Of a stretch of DNA of 64,000 nucleotides, positions 12,464 to 25,853 are shown in pieces. A program made the position numbers and the translations under genes. The stretch spans positions 4,590,001 to 4,654,000 of the forward strand of contig NC_086101.1 in NCBI RefSeq assembly GCF_963921235.1. The letters run 5' to 3'. The notes under the pieces are model-generated. The model was not told the origin of the DNA. It ran no database searches and was given only the letters and a program-made list of their open reading frames with translations. The stretch comes from Mobula hypostoma. Its lineage: Eukaryota. Within the stretch, counting starts at the first letter, position 1. Each line of letters starts with the position of its first letter.

Positions 12464-12746
12464 GTGGCGCGTGGCCAAGTGGTTAGGGCGTTGGACTAGT
12501 GATCTGAAGGTCATGGGTTCGAGCCTCGGCTGAGGCAGCATGTGTGTCCTTGAGCAAGGCACTTAACCACACAATGCTCCAGCCTACCCAGCTGAGAACG
12601 GGTACCGGCAGAAACGCTGGGGGTTAACCTCGTGATAGACTGGCGTCCTATCCGGGGAGGGGAGTCACGTACTCTCGGTCGCTTCACGCCACGGAAACCG
12701 GCATGAGCACCGGCCTGATGGGCTACAAGGCTCGGGACAGACTTTA
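12464..12746 (+). mobile_element. tRNA-derived SINE (A box TGGCCAAGTGG, B box GGTTCGAGCC)
   Basis: Pol III boxes, GTGTCCTTGAGCAAGGCACTTAAC central block, flanking AAATGTAAA duplication. Confidence 0.8.
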
Positions 12747-14004
12747 AAAATGTAAAGTAGACATCGATTGATTGTATGCCCATAAAATGACATCTGTGCA
12801 TAAGGTGAGTCCTGACAGAAAACGATAAAGTGGTGGTGTTCGGGGGTGTGGAGGGATGGGTTAGCGGGTGGAGGTGTTCAGTAGTCTTACTGCTTTGAGA
12901 AAGTAACTGCCATGAGTTGGGTGGGTGGGATCCTACATGGATAATCACAGACAATTTTCAATGAACGATTAATTTATTCTCCGGCATGTCTTTAGATCCA
13001 TGTATCCCAAGGGAGTTCCATATAGATTGCACCAGAATTGAACTCTGAACTTGAGAATGCCCTGTGCTGAGTTAAATGCTGTGCCAACGTGTCTCACTGC
13101 CCACCCACCAGCACCATAACTTCAAGAGAAGCTGGAAATTTGACTTCTCATGATTTATGGTTGAAGACATCACTGCCAACGCCAGCATTTATCGCGCATC
13201 CTTAGTTACCCTTGAGAGATGGCAGAGAGCAGCTGCCTAGATATCTGCTGCCCTTCTGATCAGAAAATTGTGACAGGAGAGTGAGTTCAGGATTTGGGCA
13301 CAGTGGCGATGAAGAAACAGTATCTTCTGGAAGATGATGTTATGTTGAAGTTGCATAAGATGAAATAATATTTTGAAGATGGCTAAGGCAATGGTGAGTC
13401 CTATCTGGAGTATAGTGTGAAATTTTAGTCAACTACCTGCAGGAAAGATGTAAGAAAGACTGAAAGAGTTCAGAGAAAATTTACAAGGATTTTGCCAGGA
13501 CTTGAGGACCTGAGTTGTAAGGAAATATTTAACAGTTTGGGACTTTATTGCCTGGAACATAGAAAATTAGATAGATAGATAGTCATACTTTATTGATCCC
13601 AAGGGAAATTAGTTTTCGTTACAGTTGCACCAACCAAGAACAGAGTACAAACACAGCAATACAAAACCACAAACAATCAAATAATAATATATAAACCATG
13701 CCAGATGGAAATAAGTCCAGGACCAGCCTATTGGCCCAGGGTGTCCGACCCTCCAAGGGAGGAGCTGCAAAGTTTGATGGCCACAGGCAGGAATGACTTC
13801 CTATGACGCTCAGTGCTGCATCCCGGTAGAATGGGTCTCTGGCTGAATGTACTCCTGTGTCCAACGGTAACTGAGGGGAGATTTGATAAAGGTACTGTAT
13901 ACAAAGTTTAGGGTATAGGTAGGGTCACTGCAAGCAGGCTCTTTCCACTGAGGGTGGGTGGAATGACAACTACACAAAAAGTGAAACACTTATGGGGAAG
14001 CTGA

Positions 14005-15105
14005 GAGGTGGATCATTAGCTGGTTGGCAGAAAATTGAGAATGGGAATAAAGGGATCCTATTCTGGCTGGCTGCCGATTACCAGTGGAGTTCCACAGGGG
14101 TCGGTGTTGGGACTGCTGTTTTTTACGATGTATGTCAATGATTTGGACTATGGGATTAATGGATTTGTGGCTAAATTTGCCAATGATACAAAGATAGGTC
14201 AAGGAGCCGGTAGTGTTGAGGAAACAGAGAGCCTGCTGAGAGACTTAGATAGTTTAGGGGAATTGGGCAATGAAGTGGCAAATGAAATACAATGTTGGAA
14301 AGTGTATGGTCATGCACTTTGGTGGAAGAAATAAATAGGCAGACTATTATTTAGATGGGCAGAGAATATCAAAATGCAGAAATGCAAAGGGACTTGGGAG
14401 TCCTTGTGCAGGATACCCTAAAAGCTAACCTCCAGGTTGAGTCGGTTGTGAAGATGGCGAATGCATTGTTGGTATTCATTTCTAGAGGGTATAGAATATA
14501 AGAGCAGGGATGTGATATTGAGTCTTTATAAGGCACTCATGAGACCACACAAAGTATTGTGTGCAGTTTTGGGCTCCTTATTTTAGAAAGTATATACTGA
14601 CATTGGAGAGGGTTCAGAGAAGATTCACAAGAATGATTCCAGGAATAAAAGGGTTACTGTATGAGGAATGTCTGGCAGCTCTTGGGCTGTATTCCTTGGA
14701 GTTCAGGAGAATGACGGGGAGATCTCATAGAAACATTCCAAATGTTAAGAGGCCGGAACAGATTAGATATGGCAAAGTTATTTCCCATGGTAGGGGATTC
14801 TAGAATAAGAAGGCTCAACTTCAGGATTGAAGGACGTCCATTTAGAACTGAGATGCGGAGAAATTACTTTTGTCAGAGGGTGGTAAATCTGTGGAATTTG
14901 TTGCCACGAGCGGGTGTGGAGGCCAAGTCATTGGGTGTATTTAAGGCAGCGATAGATAGGTTCTTGATTATCCAGGGCATCAAAGGGTATGGGGAGAAGG
15001 TCAGAGGAGTGGGGATGACTGGAATAATTGGATCAGTTCATGGTTGAATGGCGGAGTAGACTCGATGGGCTGGTTGGCCTACTTCTGCTCCTATATCTTA
15101 TGGTC
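14005..15105 (+). mobile_element. Decayed CR1 RT/3' fragment
   Basis: GVPQGSVLG, KFANDTK, QRVVNLWN across frameshifted ORFs 14035-15047. Confidence 0.9.
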
Positions 15106-16314
15106 TAACTTCTTCACTCAGACGGTGGTGAGAGTGCGGAACAAGCTGCTAGTGGAAGTGGTGGATGGGGGTTCGATTTCACCAGTTAAGAAAAAATTAG
15201 ATGGACAGGAGGGGTATGGAGGGCTGTGGGCCGGATGCAGGTCAATGGGACTAGGTAGTGTTAATGGTCTGGCACAGAGTAGATGGGCCGAAGGGCCTGT
15301 TTGGGTGCTGTAGTTTTCTTTGACTCTATGGGTAACTGGGAGGAGAGCCTGTAAGGGGGTGGTGGGTTGGGATGGCAGGGCATGTACAGTGCCTCACTGT
15401 GCTGCCGGGTTTGAGTGGTCCTTTGCCACAGATCTTGTCGTCGGCATGCACTGCTGTTGGCCGAGGAAGTGACCGTGTTCTGTGGGTAATGGGGGCATCA
15501 ATCAAATGGACCTGCAGGGTAACGCAGAGGTTTTCAAGATTTGCCGCAGCAGCACTTCAAGTTCAAAGTTCAAGTTTAAATTTATTATCAAAGTCACCCT
15601 GGGATTCAATTTGTTGTGGGCATACATGGTGGATCCAGAATAGAATAACAACCAGAATAGAATCGATAAAAGACCACAGCAGCTTGGCCGTTCAGCCGGT
15701 GTGCAAAAGACAACAAACTGGTCAAATACAAAAAGAAATAATAATAATTAAATATTGAGAACTTGAGATGAAGAATCCTTGGAAGTGACTCCATAGGATG
15801 TGGGAGCAGTCCAGCGATGGGAACCAAGAACCCAGCTGATCCAGGGTTTACCCTCCCAAAGGCTGCACATGCACCAACGTCACAGACTGGGATCGTGGCA
15901 TCATCGGGGAGTGTGAGAATTCCCGATGAGTCCTCCGTCATAGCAAACACAGAGGGCATTGACGTCACCTGGAAGTGAAGGCCTGTTGTCACCTATGACC
16001 CGACTGAACTTTAGAAGAGGTGATAGTATTCAAGCCTGTCGAGCATCCTTCATTGATTCAAGTTTAGCCCAGACAACTGGAGACTGTTCTGTCAGATTCA
16101 GAGTTATTTACCACAGGTACATGGAGACATGCCCCCACCACCTAGCTCAGAGCCTCGCAACGCAGCCGTGAATGGGCTAATGAGTTAAACCAGGTTTGAC
16201 AATTGTCCTCCTGTTCACACCCCCCTCAGCACACCAGACCAGGTGTACGGGTACCAGATGTTCCCTCAGCACCGATGCCTCCCCTCCTCCCTCCTCTCCA
16301 CTCCCGTTCACCCA

Positions 16315-16640
16315 CATGAATATAGAATAGTACAGCACAGTACAGGCCCTTCAGCCCACAATGTTGTGCTGACCCTCAAACTCTGCCTCCCATATAACCC
16401 CCCACCTTAAATTCCTCCATATACCTGTCTAGTAGTCTCTTAAACTTCACTAGTGTATCTGCCTCCACCACTGACTCAGGCAGTGCATTCCACGCACCAA
16501 CCACTCTCTGAGTAAAAAACTTTCCTCTAATATCCCCCTTGAACTTCCCACCCCTTACCTTAAAGCCACGTCCTCTTGTATTGAGCAATGGTGCCCTGGG
16601 GAAGAGGCGCTGGCTATCCACTCTATCTATTCCTCTTAAT
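16315..16640 (-). mobile_element. CR1 3' fragment
   Basis: ORF 16376-16621 with FFTQRVVGAWNALP. Confidence 0.85.
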
Positions 16641-16849
16641 TTCTTGGATGAACAATATGGGCTATCACTGTATACGTCCTCTCCTTACCCTGAACCTAGT
16701 ACCCACACCTCCACATACCAACTGCTATCGTCCCGATCTTCACCTTCCCCAGTCCCCACCTTCCACCAACTCCCCAGTCATCATGGACTCACCTTCTCTA
16801 CTGAGCAGGGGAGAGGGGTTCTGGAGAAACTCAGACATGGCAAAGCTTT

Positions 16850-17175
16850 GGGAGCCCGGATGGTGTGAACCCCAAGATCCTGAGGGAGTGTGCTGAGCTG
16901 CTGTGTGGACTTCTCCGGAGCATTTTCAGTCTCAGCCTGGAAAGGGTCCTGACGGTGTGGAAAACATCATGTCTGGACCCAGTACCCAAGAAAGGCCAAC
17001 TGACAGTCTTGACTGACCACTGTCCAGTGGCCCTGACCTCACACATCATGCAGACCCTGGAGAGGCTGGTCCTGGCTCACCTCTGACCCCTGATCCGATC
17101 AGTCCTCGATCCCCTGCAGTTTGCTTACCTGGAGCACATTGGAGTTGATGATGCTGTCATCTACCTGTTGAACAT
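16850..17175 (+). mobile_element. Rex1/Babar-like LINE RT fragment
   Basis: WKTSCLDPVPKK...PVALTSHIMQTLERLV...LDPLQFAY motifs. Confidence 0.75.
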
Positions 17176-20100
17176 AAGTTAATAAAATATAATTCAAAAT
17201 GTATACCGTGCACAGCGCGGGGAAACAGTAAACAGCTGACTGTGCTCGGTGGTGGCAGGGTATTCATTAGTTTCACAGTCTGAGGGAAGAAGCTGTTACC
17301 CAGTCTGGTGGTCCAGGTCCTGATGCTCCTGTACCTCCTTCCTGACGGTAGTGGGTGAAAAAGAATGTGAGACGGGTGGCAGGGATCCTCAACAACACCT
17401 CAAGCTCTCTGTGATCCTCTCAGCAAGTTAGTACTTCATATAAAAATATTTATATTGGATTATGACATGCTTTGAGAGGAGATTGAATGTATTTTCAAAA
17501 TCAGAGACTGCTCTGAGAGTAGATAAATAATCTCTGACTCACATCTCCAGGCATGGTACTACGCCAGATCAAATATTTTTATTGTATTTAATTTAGAGAC
17601 ACGGCACGGTAACAGGCTCATCTGGCTGAGTGAGCCCTGCTCTATCCAAGTACGCCAAAGTGACCATTTAACCTACTAACCAGTACGTCCACGGAACGTG
17701 GGAGAAAACCCACACGGTCGCGGGGAAAACGTCCAATCTCCTTACAGACAGCGACGGAATTGAGCCCGAGTCACTGGCACTGTAAAGCGTTGTACTCACC
17801 TCGCTGTTGTCATGCCACTCCCAAAAATAAATTGGAGGTGCCAGAACCACTCGGGTCGGGCAACAGAGTGGAGAGAGAAACTTTGATACCCATTCATCAG
17901 GTTAAGATGAACTTTATTTACAGGTTTGGGAAGCAAAGAAACAATTAGTTTTAAACTGCAGAACAGGTGAGGGGTGAGAAAGTGGATGTATGAAGGAAGG
18001 CGGATGAGAGGTGACTTGACAGAGGTGTACAAGGTGATAAGAGGCGTTGATTGTGTGGACAGAGTCTTTTTATCCCAGAGTGGAAATGGCCAATACGAGG
18101 GGACGTAATTTTAAGGTGACTGGAGGAAAGTATAGAGGGGATGTCAGAGGTAGGGACGTTCAGCCACATGGATGATAGAAAAACAGAAGTCTCTGCAGAA
18201 GAGAAGGTTTAGATTGAACTTAAGGTAGTTTAAAATGTTGGCACAACACTGTGTTCCAAAGGATCTGTACTGTCCCGTTCTATGCTACAGTTACATATAT
18301 ATATATTTTTTTACCTGTGAAGTTGCGAGCCTTGGGAAGTTGAAATCGAGCAAAGGCATAACATTCATGAAGAACAAGACAATAGACAAGGACAACACAC
18401 ACACACAATGCTGGAGGAACTCTGCAGGTCAGCCAGCATCTGTGGAGGTGAATTAACAGTCAATGCTTCAGGCCAAGACCTTCATCGGACTGGAAAGGAA
18501 AGGGGAAGATCCCAGAATAAGTTTAATGACATATGCCAGTGATATTAAACCCGAAAGAATCAGCAGCTCATCATATCACAGCTTTCCATTCCTTCTGGGT
18601 TTACTCCTTGCTACTCTTAGGGTTTTCCCAACCACGCCAAAGGTTCCCACCATCACTAGGCCACGTGATCTGTGGACCCTGCCTCCAAACATCTCACTTG
18701 GGTTTGTTCAACCTTAGAGACGTTCACTTAGCTTCAGATGACCTGTCTCTAACCAAGACCTTAACCTGTCTCTTTTTCTTCCCAGGCACTGAAGGAACCA
18801 GTGATCTGAACTCTGCTCTGGGCAGCAGAGTTGGGGGCATAGGTGGGACTGGCACTTGGTTACAGACCACCACCAAAGGCCAGGCAAACATTGATACCCC
18901 CCTCCCCGACCGCATGGGATGGGCAGGAGTGCACACCCCCCCCAGCCTCGCCAAGGCCCTGCCGCAGTTGGGGAGGGAGACAGATTGTTGTCGCGGATTC
19001 CAGATGAATTGTTGTTACTGACGGGGCAGACCAGGCAAATTGCCCAATAGCTCTGAATGGTAAAGGAGGCGCACAGTTCCAGAGAGGGTGGGAAGGAGAT
19101 TCATGTTTGTTGCTTCATGAAACATTATTTGCCCTGAGCTGGTGCTCACCCAGACTCTGTAGTGTGTACACTGGACAGACCAGCACAATGTTGTGCCAAC
19201 CATTTAGCCGTCTGACCTCCATCCAGCCTTTCCCTCCCCACAGAGGAGCTTTGATTCCAGCCCTTCACCTGCCACCTTCTAGCTTATCCTCTGTCCCATC
19301 CCCGACCTTTTCATTCTGGCATTGCACCCCTCCTCCCTCACCAGCCCTGAAGGAGCTCAGCCCAAAATGCCAACAGTTTATTCATTTCCATAGATGTTGC
19401 CTGACCTGCTGAGTTCCTCCAGCATTTTGTGTGTAGTGTGGGTGTGAGTATGTAACCCCATATTTTCCTCTCATCCATGCTCCTGTCTGAGAGTTTCTTA
19501 AATGTCCCTAATGTATCTGCCTTTGGCAGCAGATCCAATGTACTCACCACTCTCTGTAAAAACAGCCCCACCTCTGACATTCCCCCTGTACCCTCCTCCA
19601 ATCACCTTAAAGTTATGCCCCCTCATGTTGGTAAATTCAAGGCAGGGTACACTTTTGCAGGGGTAGCCTAGATTCGAAAGCAGAAACAGGCCCTTCGGCC
19701 CGACAAGTCTAGTCTGGCCATCCAATCACCCAGTCCTATATTTACTTTTATGCTCTGCATCTTCTCACTTCTCCCCCCTCCCCCTTCCAGATTCTACTCC
19801 ATCCTGTCCCATCCCACCCACACCCTACGGACAATTCACAGCAATCAATTAACGGGCCGACCCCCAGGTCCCCGTCAGAAGCTTCCTCCCTTGCATCTGG
19901 TGTACTGAGTTCCTTGGCATCAAGTTTCTTGCCTGCCCTGACTCACTGGGTCAGAAGGGTGCTGTAATAATTTCACCTTACCATTCAGTCTGGTCTCTAC
20001 TCTGAGTAACACAGGGGGCTGGTTGTATCATCGCCAATTGAATGTTGTGGCATGGTGCCTTGCACTCCTCTCATGTAACAGCATACGAGGGCAGAGTGTG

Positions 20101-20480
20101 GGAGAAGGTTCAGTCCCGTCCACCGACCTTGTTTGGGCGGGTAGAGCTGTCACCTCTGATGAAAATGCAGTCACTCCAAGATCAGCCTGGTCCCGGGGCA
20201 GTCTTGTCACCCCCACGTCATCTGGTCCGTGGCCAGCAGTGGGCTCCTCCAGCAGGGGCAGTGGTTGCCAGCCGAGGGTGCAGAGTTCACTGCAAAAGTT
20301 GACGTGTACCTTGCACCTCATTATCAAACATTCCCTCAAACTTACATCAGCCCGCATCATCTGGTCTGCGACCAGCAGAGTGCTCCATCAGTTATGGGCA
20401 GTGAGGGCTGGGGGACGGGATGGGGGTGGGAGGGGGTGTGCGTTTCACTAGTGCCAAAGGTGACACGTGTACCTCTTTAT

Positions 20481-21027
20481 CACTGTTCCCTCTCATTTTT
20501 ATTTACAGCTGCAGGTTCCAACCATTGCGGAATCTTTTAATGGCCTGAAAACTGTACAGCACTTTAAATGTTTATTTTAGCAATATGCACATCAAACAAA
20601 CACGAACCACAGCTCACAACAGAAGTGAACAATGTCAACACAACTGACAGGCACAACAGCAACAGTAGACAGCTTCAGCGTTCATTGGCCGGTGGTTTAG
20701 TAACAATGAGCTACCAACTTCCATTCTGTGTTTGTTGTTACAATTTGCAACAGTATTGTAACTTGAAACACTGACAATGTAAACACCTTGAAACCCAAGA
20801 TGTTTCAAAGAAAAGGTTGTACATTTATTATTTACAAAATTTATAGATGGTATTAATTAAGTGAATTAATTACAGGCTATTTTACAGCATAGATTTCAAA
20901 ATTATATCAGCATAATTTGAAGATTATATTAATTTATAAAAGAAAACTCCAGCTGTGCAGTCACAAAGGTTATGTGCATGGAAGCATTTCAGTTACTTCC
21001 CTGCCACGCATCTTAGAGGGAACAGTG
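20481..21027. mobile_element. Non-autonomous hAT-like DNA transposon, TIR CACTGTTCCCTCT (547 bp)
   Basis: Terminal inverted repeats; shared subterminal sequence with copies at 25854-26050 and 42016-42361. Confidence 0.75.
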
Positions 21028-21164
21028 CGCTAAATGATGGACTAGCCCCTTGATAGGTAGATCCCAACATTAATAACCATTGTGGCCACTCTATTATTTC
21101 TAGGATTTGGAAATAAAATGTGATAAATTACATTTTGATACGATCTAATGTAGAAGAATAGATA

Positions 21165-21590
21165 GGGAGGATTGGTATAGCGTAGTGGTATACATGCACG
21201 ATCACAGCTTGCGATGTCAGAGTGCACAGCTGAATTCCGACGTCTGTCCTCCATTAAGAGTTTACCTGTGCTTGACGTGAGCATGTGGATTTCCTCCGAC
21301 AGTCCGAAGACATACTGGTTAGTGGGTTAATTTGTCATTGTGAATTGCCCTGTGATTAGGATAGGGGGCACAGTAGTGTAGTGGTTAGCACAACGCTTTA
21401 CAGTACAGGCAACCCGGGTTCAATTCCTGCCCTGCCTGTAAGGAGTTTGTACGTTCTCCCCGTAACCGTGTGGGTTTCCTCTGGGTGTCTCGGTTCCTCC
21501 CACAGTCCAAAGACACCATTGACAATTGTCCTGTGATTGGGCGAGGACTACACCGGGGGATTGCTGGGCAGTGCGGCTCATCGGCTGATA
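21165..21590 (+). mobile_element. HE1/V-type tRNA SINE remnants (two adjacent copies)
   Basis: A box TAGTGTAGTGG, B box GGTTCAATTCC at ~21417-21427, GGGTTTCCTCTGGGTG..GGTTCCTCCCACAGTCCAAAGAC central domain. Confidence 0.75.
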
Positions 21591-21674
21591 TAAAGAACGG
21601 TCCGCAAGTTAATCGAGAGCAGCGGGTGGAAGGAGTACGCTCTGACTTTTGGCTTTTGTTTTGCTCTCTGTCAG

Positions 21675-22228
21675 TGCCAGCCTACCTGACGCTGAACCCC
21701 AACACGGCGCACCCTCGCCTCCGGCTGTCCGACGATCTGACGGTCGTGTCCTACGGCGACGTGAAGCAGGAAGTTCCCGACAACCCCGAGAGGTTTGACA
21801 CCTGTGTGTGCGTGCTGGGGTTGGAGGCCTTCTCGTCCGGCAGGCACTACTGGGAGGTGCAGGTGGGCAGCAAGACTGAGTGGGACGTGGGAGTGGTCAA
21901 GGAATCCATCGGCCGGAAGGGGCACACCACCGCCACGCCGGAGGCTGGCTATTGGATTGTCTGGCTCCGAAATGGTAATGAGTACAAAGCGACAACGGTG
22001 CCGAGGACACGCCTGAATGTAATGGTGAGACCCAAGGCAGTTGGCGTCTACCTGGACTATGATGCTGGACAGGTGTCCTTTTACAACGTGGACAATATGA
22101 CTCACCTGTACACTTTCATTGACACCTTTTCAGAGAGACTTTTTCCTTACTTCAGCCCGGGGATTAATGACGATGGGGAAAATTCGGAACCGATGAAAGT
22201 CCTCCCAGTCAAATGTCACGATGAATAG
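21675..22228 (+). CDS. TRIM gene 1, terminal exon encoding B30.2 (PRY-SPRY) domain; TRIM69/NF7/A33/TRIM39-like E3 ligase
   Basis: ctctctgtcAG acceptor, phase 1; motifs LTLNPNTAHPRL, PDNPERFD, GRHYWEV, GVYLDYDAG, LFPYFSP; stop TAG ends at 22228. Confidence 0.95.
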
Positions 22229-22558
22229 AACGAAGTCAGTCACCGCCCTTCACAAGGACTCTCCCCCCACCATTTCTGTCCCCCGTTCTCTCTCAGTCTC
22301 CACCCTACCACAGATATCTCCCCTGTAACTTCCACCGCCCTTCGGCAAATTGAAACGTGCATCGACCTACGTGTTAACTCTGTCTCTCTCTCTCCACAGA
22401 TGCTACCCGACCAGCAGTGTGTTTTATACCAGCTGCTGCTATTTGTCTTTTGTAGTTGCCGTTATGTCTGAGGTGTGTGTGAGAGAGAGAGGGAGAGATG
22501 GTTGTGTGTGTGTGTGCATGTCCGTCCGTCCGTCCGTTCAATGTACAGGAGCGCGTGG

Positions 22559-23628
22559 TCACAAGATCACAAGACAAAGGAGCAGAAGTAGGCCATTCGG
22601 CCCATCGAGCCTGCTCCGCAGCTCCCCCATGAGCTAAACTATTCACCCATCTAGTTCCAGTTTCCGGCTTTTTCCCCATATCCCTTGATACCCTGACTAA
22701 TTAGATACCTGTCAATCTCCTCCTTAAACACCCTCAATGATCGGGCCTCCACAGCTGTATGTGGCAACGAATTCCACAAATCCACGACTCTCTGGCTAAA
22801 AAAAATTCTCCTCATCTCTGTTTTAACTGGGTACCCTCTAATTCTAAGACTATGGCCTCTTGTCCTAGACTCACCCACCAAGGGAAACAACCTTTCCACA
22901 TCTACTCTGTCCAACCCTTTCAACATTCGAAATGTTTCTATGAGATCCCCTCTCATTCTTCTATACTCTAATGAATACAATCCAAGAGCCGACAGACGCT
23001 TCTCATATGTTAGCCCCTGCATTCCAGGAATCATCCTCGTAAATCTTCTCTGAACTCTCTCCAACATCAGTACATCCTTTCTAGGATAGGGGGCCCAAAA
23101 CTGCACACAGTATTTCAAATGAGGTCTCACTAATGCCCCATAGAGCCTCATCAACACCTCCTTACTCTTATACACTATTCCTCTTGAAATGAATGCCAAC
23201 ATAGCATTCGCTTTCCTTACCGCCGATCCAACTTGGTGATTAACCTTTAGGGTATCCTGCACGAGGACCCCCAAGTCCCTTTGCACTTCCGATTTTTGAA
23301 TTTTCTCCCCATCTAAATAATAATCTGCCCGATTATTTCTTCTTCCAAAATGTACAACTGTACATTTGTCAACGTTGTATCTCATCTGCCATTTCTTTGC
23401 CCACTCTCCTAAACTGACTAAGTCTCTCTGCAACCTTTCCGTTTCTTCAACATTTCCTGCTCCTCCACCTATCTTGGTGTCATCCGCAAATTTAGCCACA
23501 AAACCATTTAATCCATAATCCAAATCATCGATATACATCGTAAAAAGAAGCGGCCCCAACACCGACCCCTGCGGAGCACCACTAGTAACCGGCAACCAAT
23601 CAGAATAGGAACCCTTTATTCCCACCCT
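22559..23628 (-). mobile_element. CR1 LINE RT/3' fragment with an uninterrupted reading frame
   Basis: ORF 22651-23844 with PQGSVLGP, KFADDTK, RPHLKYC; (TCTTGTGA)n tail. Confidence 0.95.
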
Positions 23629-25853
23629 GATGAGGGTGCGACGTGTGGAAATGAGTGTAATTGAAGCGCTGGCCCGAGTCCTACCTTTGTTCAGTTCCAA
23701 TCCGGCGCTCCACTTCAAACCATAAGCCTGGTGTAGGTGAATGACAATGTTGTAATTGTGCATACAGAGACACTCTCGCCGGCAGCAGCCGCCGTTAAAT
23801 GGCGTTGTGTAGGACTTACTGGGCCAATTTCCTTTTCCAACCAAGACTTGATGAATTGCCCTCTTGTGGGATAGGATGATGGTGGATTAGAGACCGTGTC
23901 CTCTGAGCGAGTTCGAACGTTTCTGCGGAGTGAAGGAGGATACGAGGTGACTTGTTTGAGGTGTACAAGATGATAAGGCATAGATCGAATGGACAGCCAG
24001 AGACTTTTTCCCCAGGCGGAAATTGCTAGTTCAAAGGGCGTAATTTTAAGGTGATTGGAGGAAACTATCGGGGGGAATGTCAGAGGAGATTTTTTTTTTA
24101 CACAGTGTTGCGTGCGTTGAACTCGCGAGCAGGGGCAGATACATCAGCGGCATTTGAAGCATTTAGACACATGGATGATAGAAAAATGTGGGAGGGAAGA
24201 GTAAGATTGATTTTAGAGTGGGTTAAAATGCCGACACAACATTTTCGGCGGAGGGGCCTGTACTGTTCGATGTGAGGTTACCTGTAAGTGCGATCAGTTG
24301 ATGTCCCCAGTGCTCAGACGAGTGTTCCCCCAATGGAAAAGTGTGTTTTTTCCTTCAGAACTGCGGTCGTGAGCCTGGACTCGCAGACGGTCCTCTGGGA
24401 GCGCCTGTGTCAGCGTGCAAACCCGTCACCCCGTGGAAGGGCATTTCAGGACAAGTGGTCAACGATGGCCCTCAGGCCGACACCCCCGGCACCCTTTTAA
24501 CAGTTCGCGCGACACTATCACAGCGCGGGCGTTCCCGAGTTCGGAGTTCGGGTCCGGCGCCCTCTCTGTGAAGGGTTTATACGTTAAACCCCCTGAACGT
24601 GTGGGTTTCCTCTGGGTGCTCCCGTTTCCTCCCACAGTCCAGAGACGTACCTGTTAGTAGGTTCATTGGTCATTGTCAATTTTCCTGTGATTAGGCCAGG
24701 GTTAAATATTCGGGTCGCTGGGTGGTGCCTGTTGGAAGCGCCTATTCCGAGCTGTATCTCTAACCCAACCTGGGGTTCACGGACCCCTCGGTTGCATGGC
24801 ATAAAAAGCGGTTGGGAGCCCTGCTCTAAACAAACACACAAATAAGAATACACATTGAGACGTTTGATACACAATAGGTATTGCGCCGCACCACTGCGGC
24901 CTCAGTCTAAAGTGCGTCCATTGTCCGCCAAACACGCGCGACTTTCTCTGGACCAGCTCCGGGCTACCTGCCCGAGACTGGTCGCACGTGATTTTGGTGC
25001 AGTCGGCTTAGTTCGGTAACCAAACCCGTCATCCCCGAGCCATCGGGAGAAGTCACTCAAAATTTTTCAAAGAGTCAAGTTTTATTTTCTTAATTTACAG
25101 TTTGGCGCGAGAAAATCGTGAATTCAGCAGCAACTGGTTTGTAGAAATGTTTCCGTGGCATCGTTCAAAATTCAAGGTTATTTACTGTCATTTCTAGTGC
25201 ACAAGCGTAGAGGAGAACACAGCAGTTTTTACTCCGGATCCGATCCAGCACAAAAAAACACAATAAAATAAAGAACAGAACAATAATAATAACGCAATAA
25301 AAATAAATACACAAGAGCGCTTTTATACACGGACTGGTTGTATGTCCATAAAGTGACACTAGCCGCAGGAGCGTCGGTACATAAGGTGACTCTCTAACAG
25401 GAAATGTAAAGTCGAGGTGGTGGGAGGGGTGGATTGTTAGCGAACAGTCGGCGTTTGGAACCCCGTCAATTCCTCTTGTGACTGGCATGTGTAAAATTTA
25501 TAACAGAACATTACATAAAATAAAATTGGTACGAATGAAACATTATGAGTATCATATTTTTGCGTAGCATTGTTTTGTTTTATTACTACGGATTCCGGGT
25601 GGTACTGGGAAACTCCGCGTTCATCGCTCTCCGTCCAGACAGCCTGCAGAGTTCGCTCAAAGAAGATTCAGACGGGTTGTCCACCAGCTTCGGAACCGCC
25701 GTTACTGGGACACAATATTTCTTCCCTGCTTCTCTAATTGAACTTGGAATTGGTTTATTATTGTGAAAAGTTAAAAACACAAGAGTTTCTGCAGATGCTG
25801 GAAATCCAGAGTAACACACACAAAATGCCGAAGGAACTCAGCAGGTCAGGTAA

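Noticed and set aside
12464..12540. Possible tRNA gene
   Set aside because: It continues into a SINE body with a flanking duplication, and a diverged relative exists at 42615, so it is a SINE head.
21470..21674. N-terminal extension of the 252-aa SPRY ORF as a single-exon gene
   Set aside because: The upstream part is SINE and intron sequence read in frame by chance; a proper acceptor lies at 21673-74.
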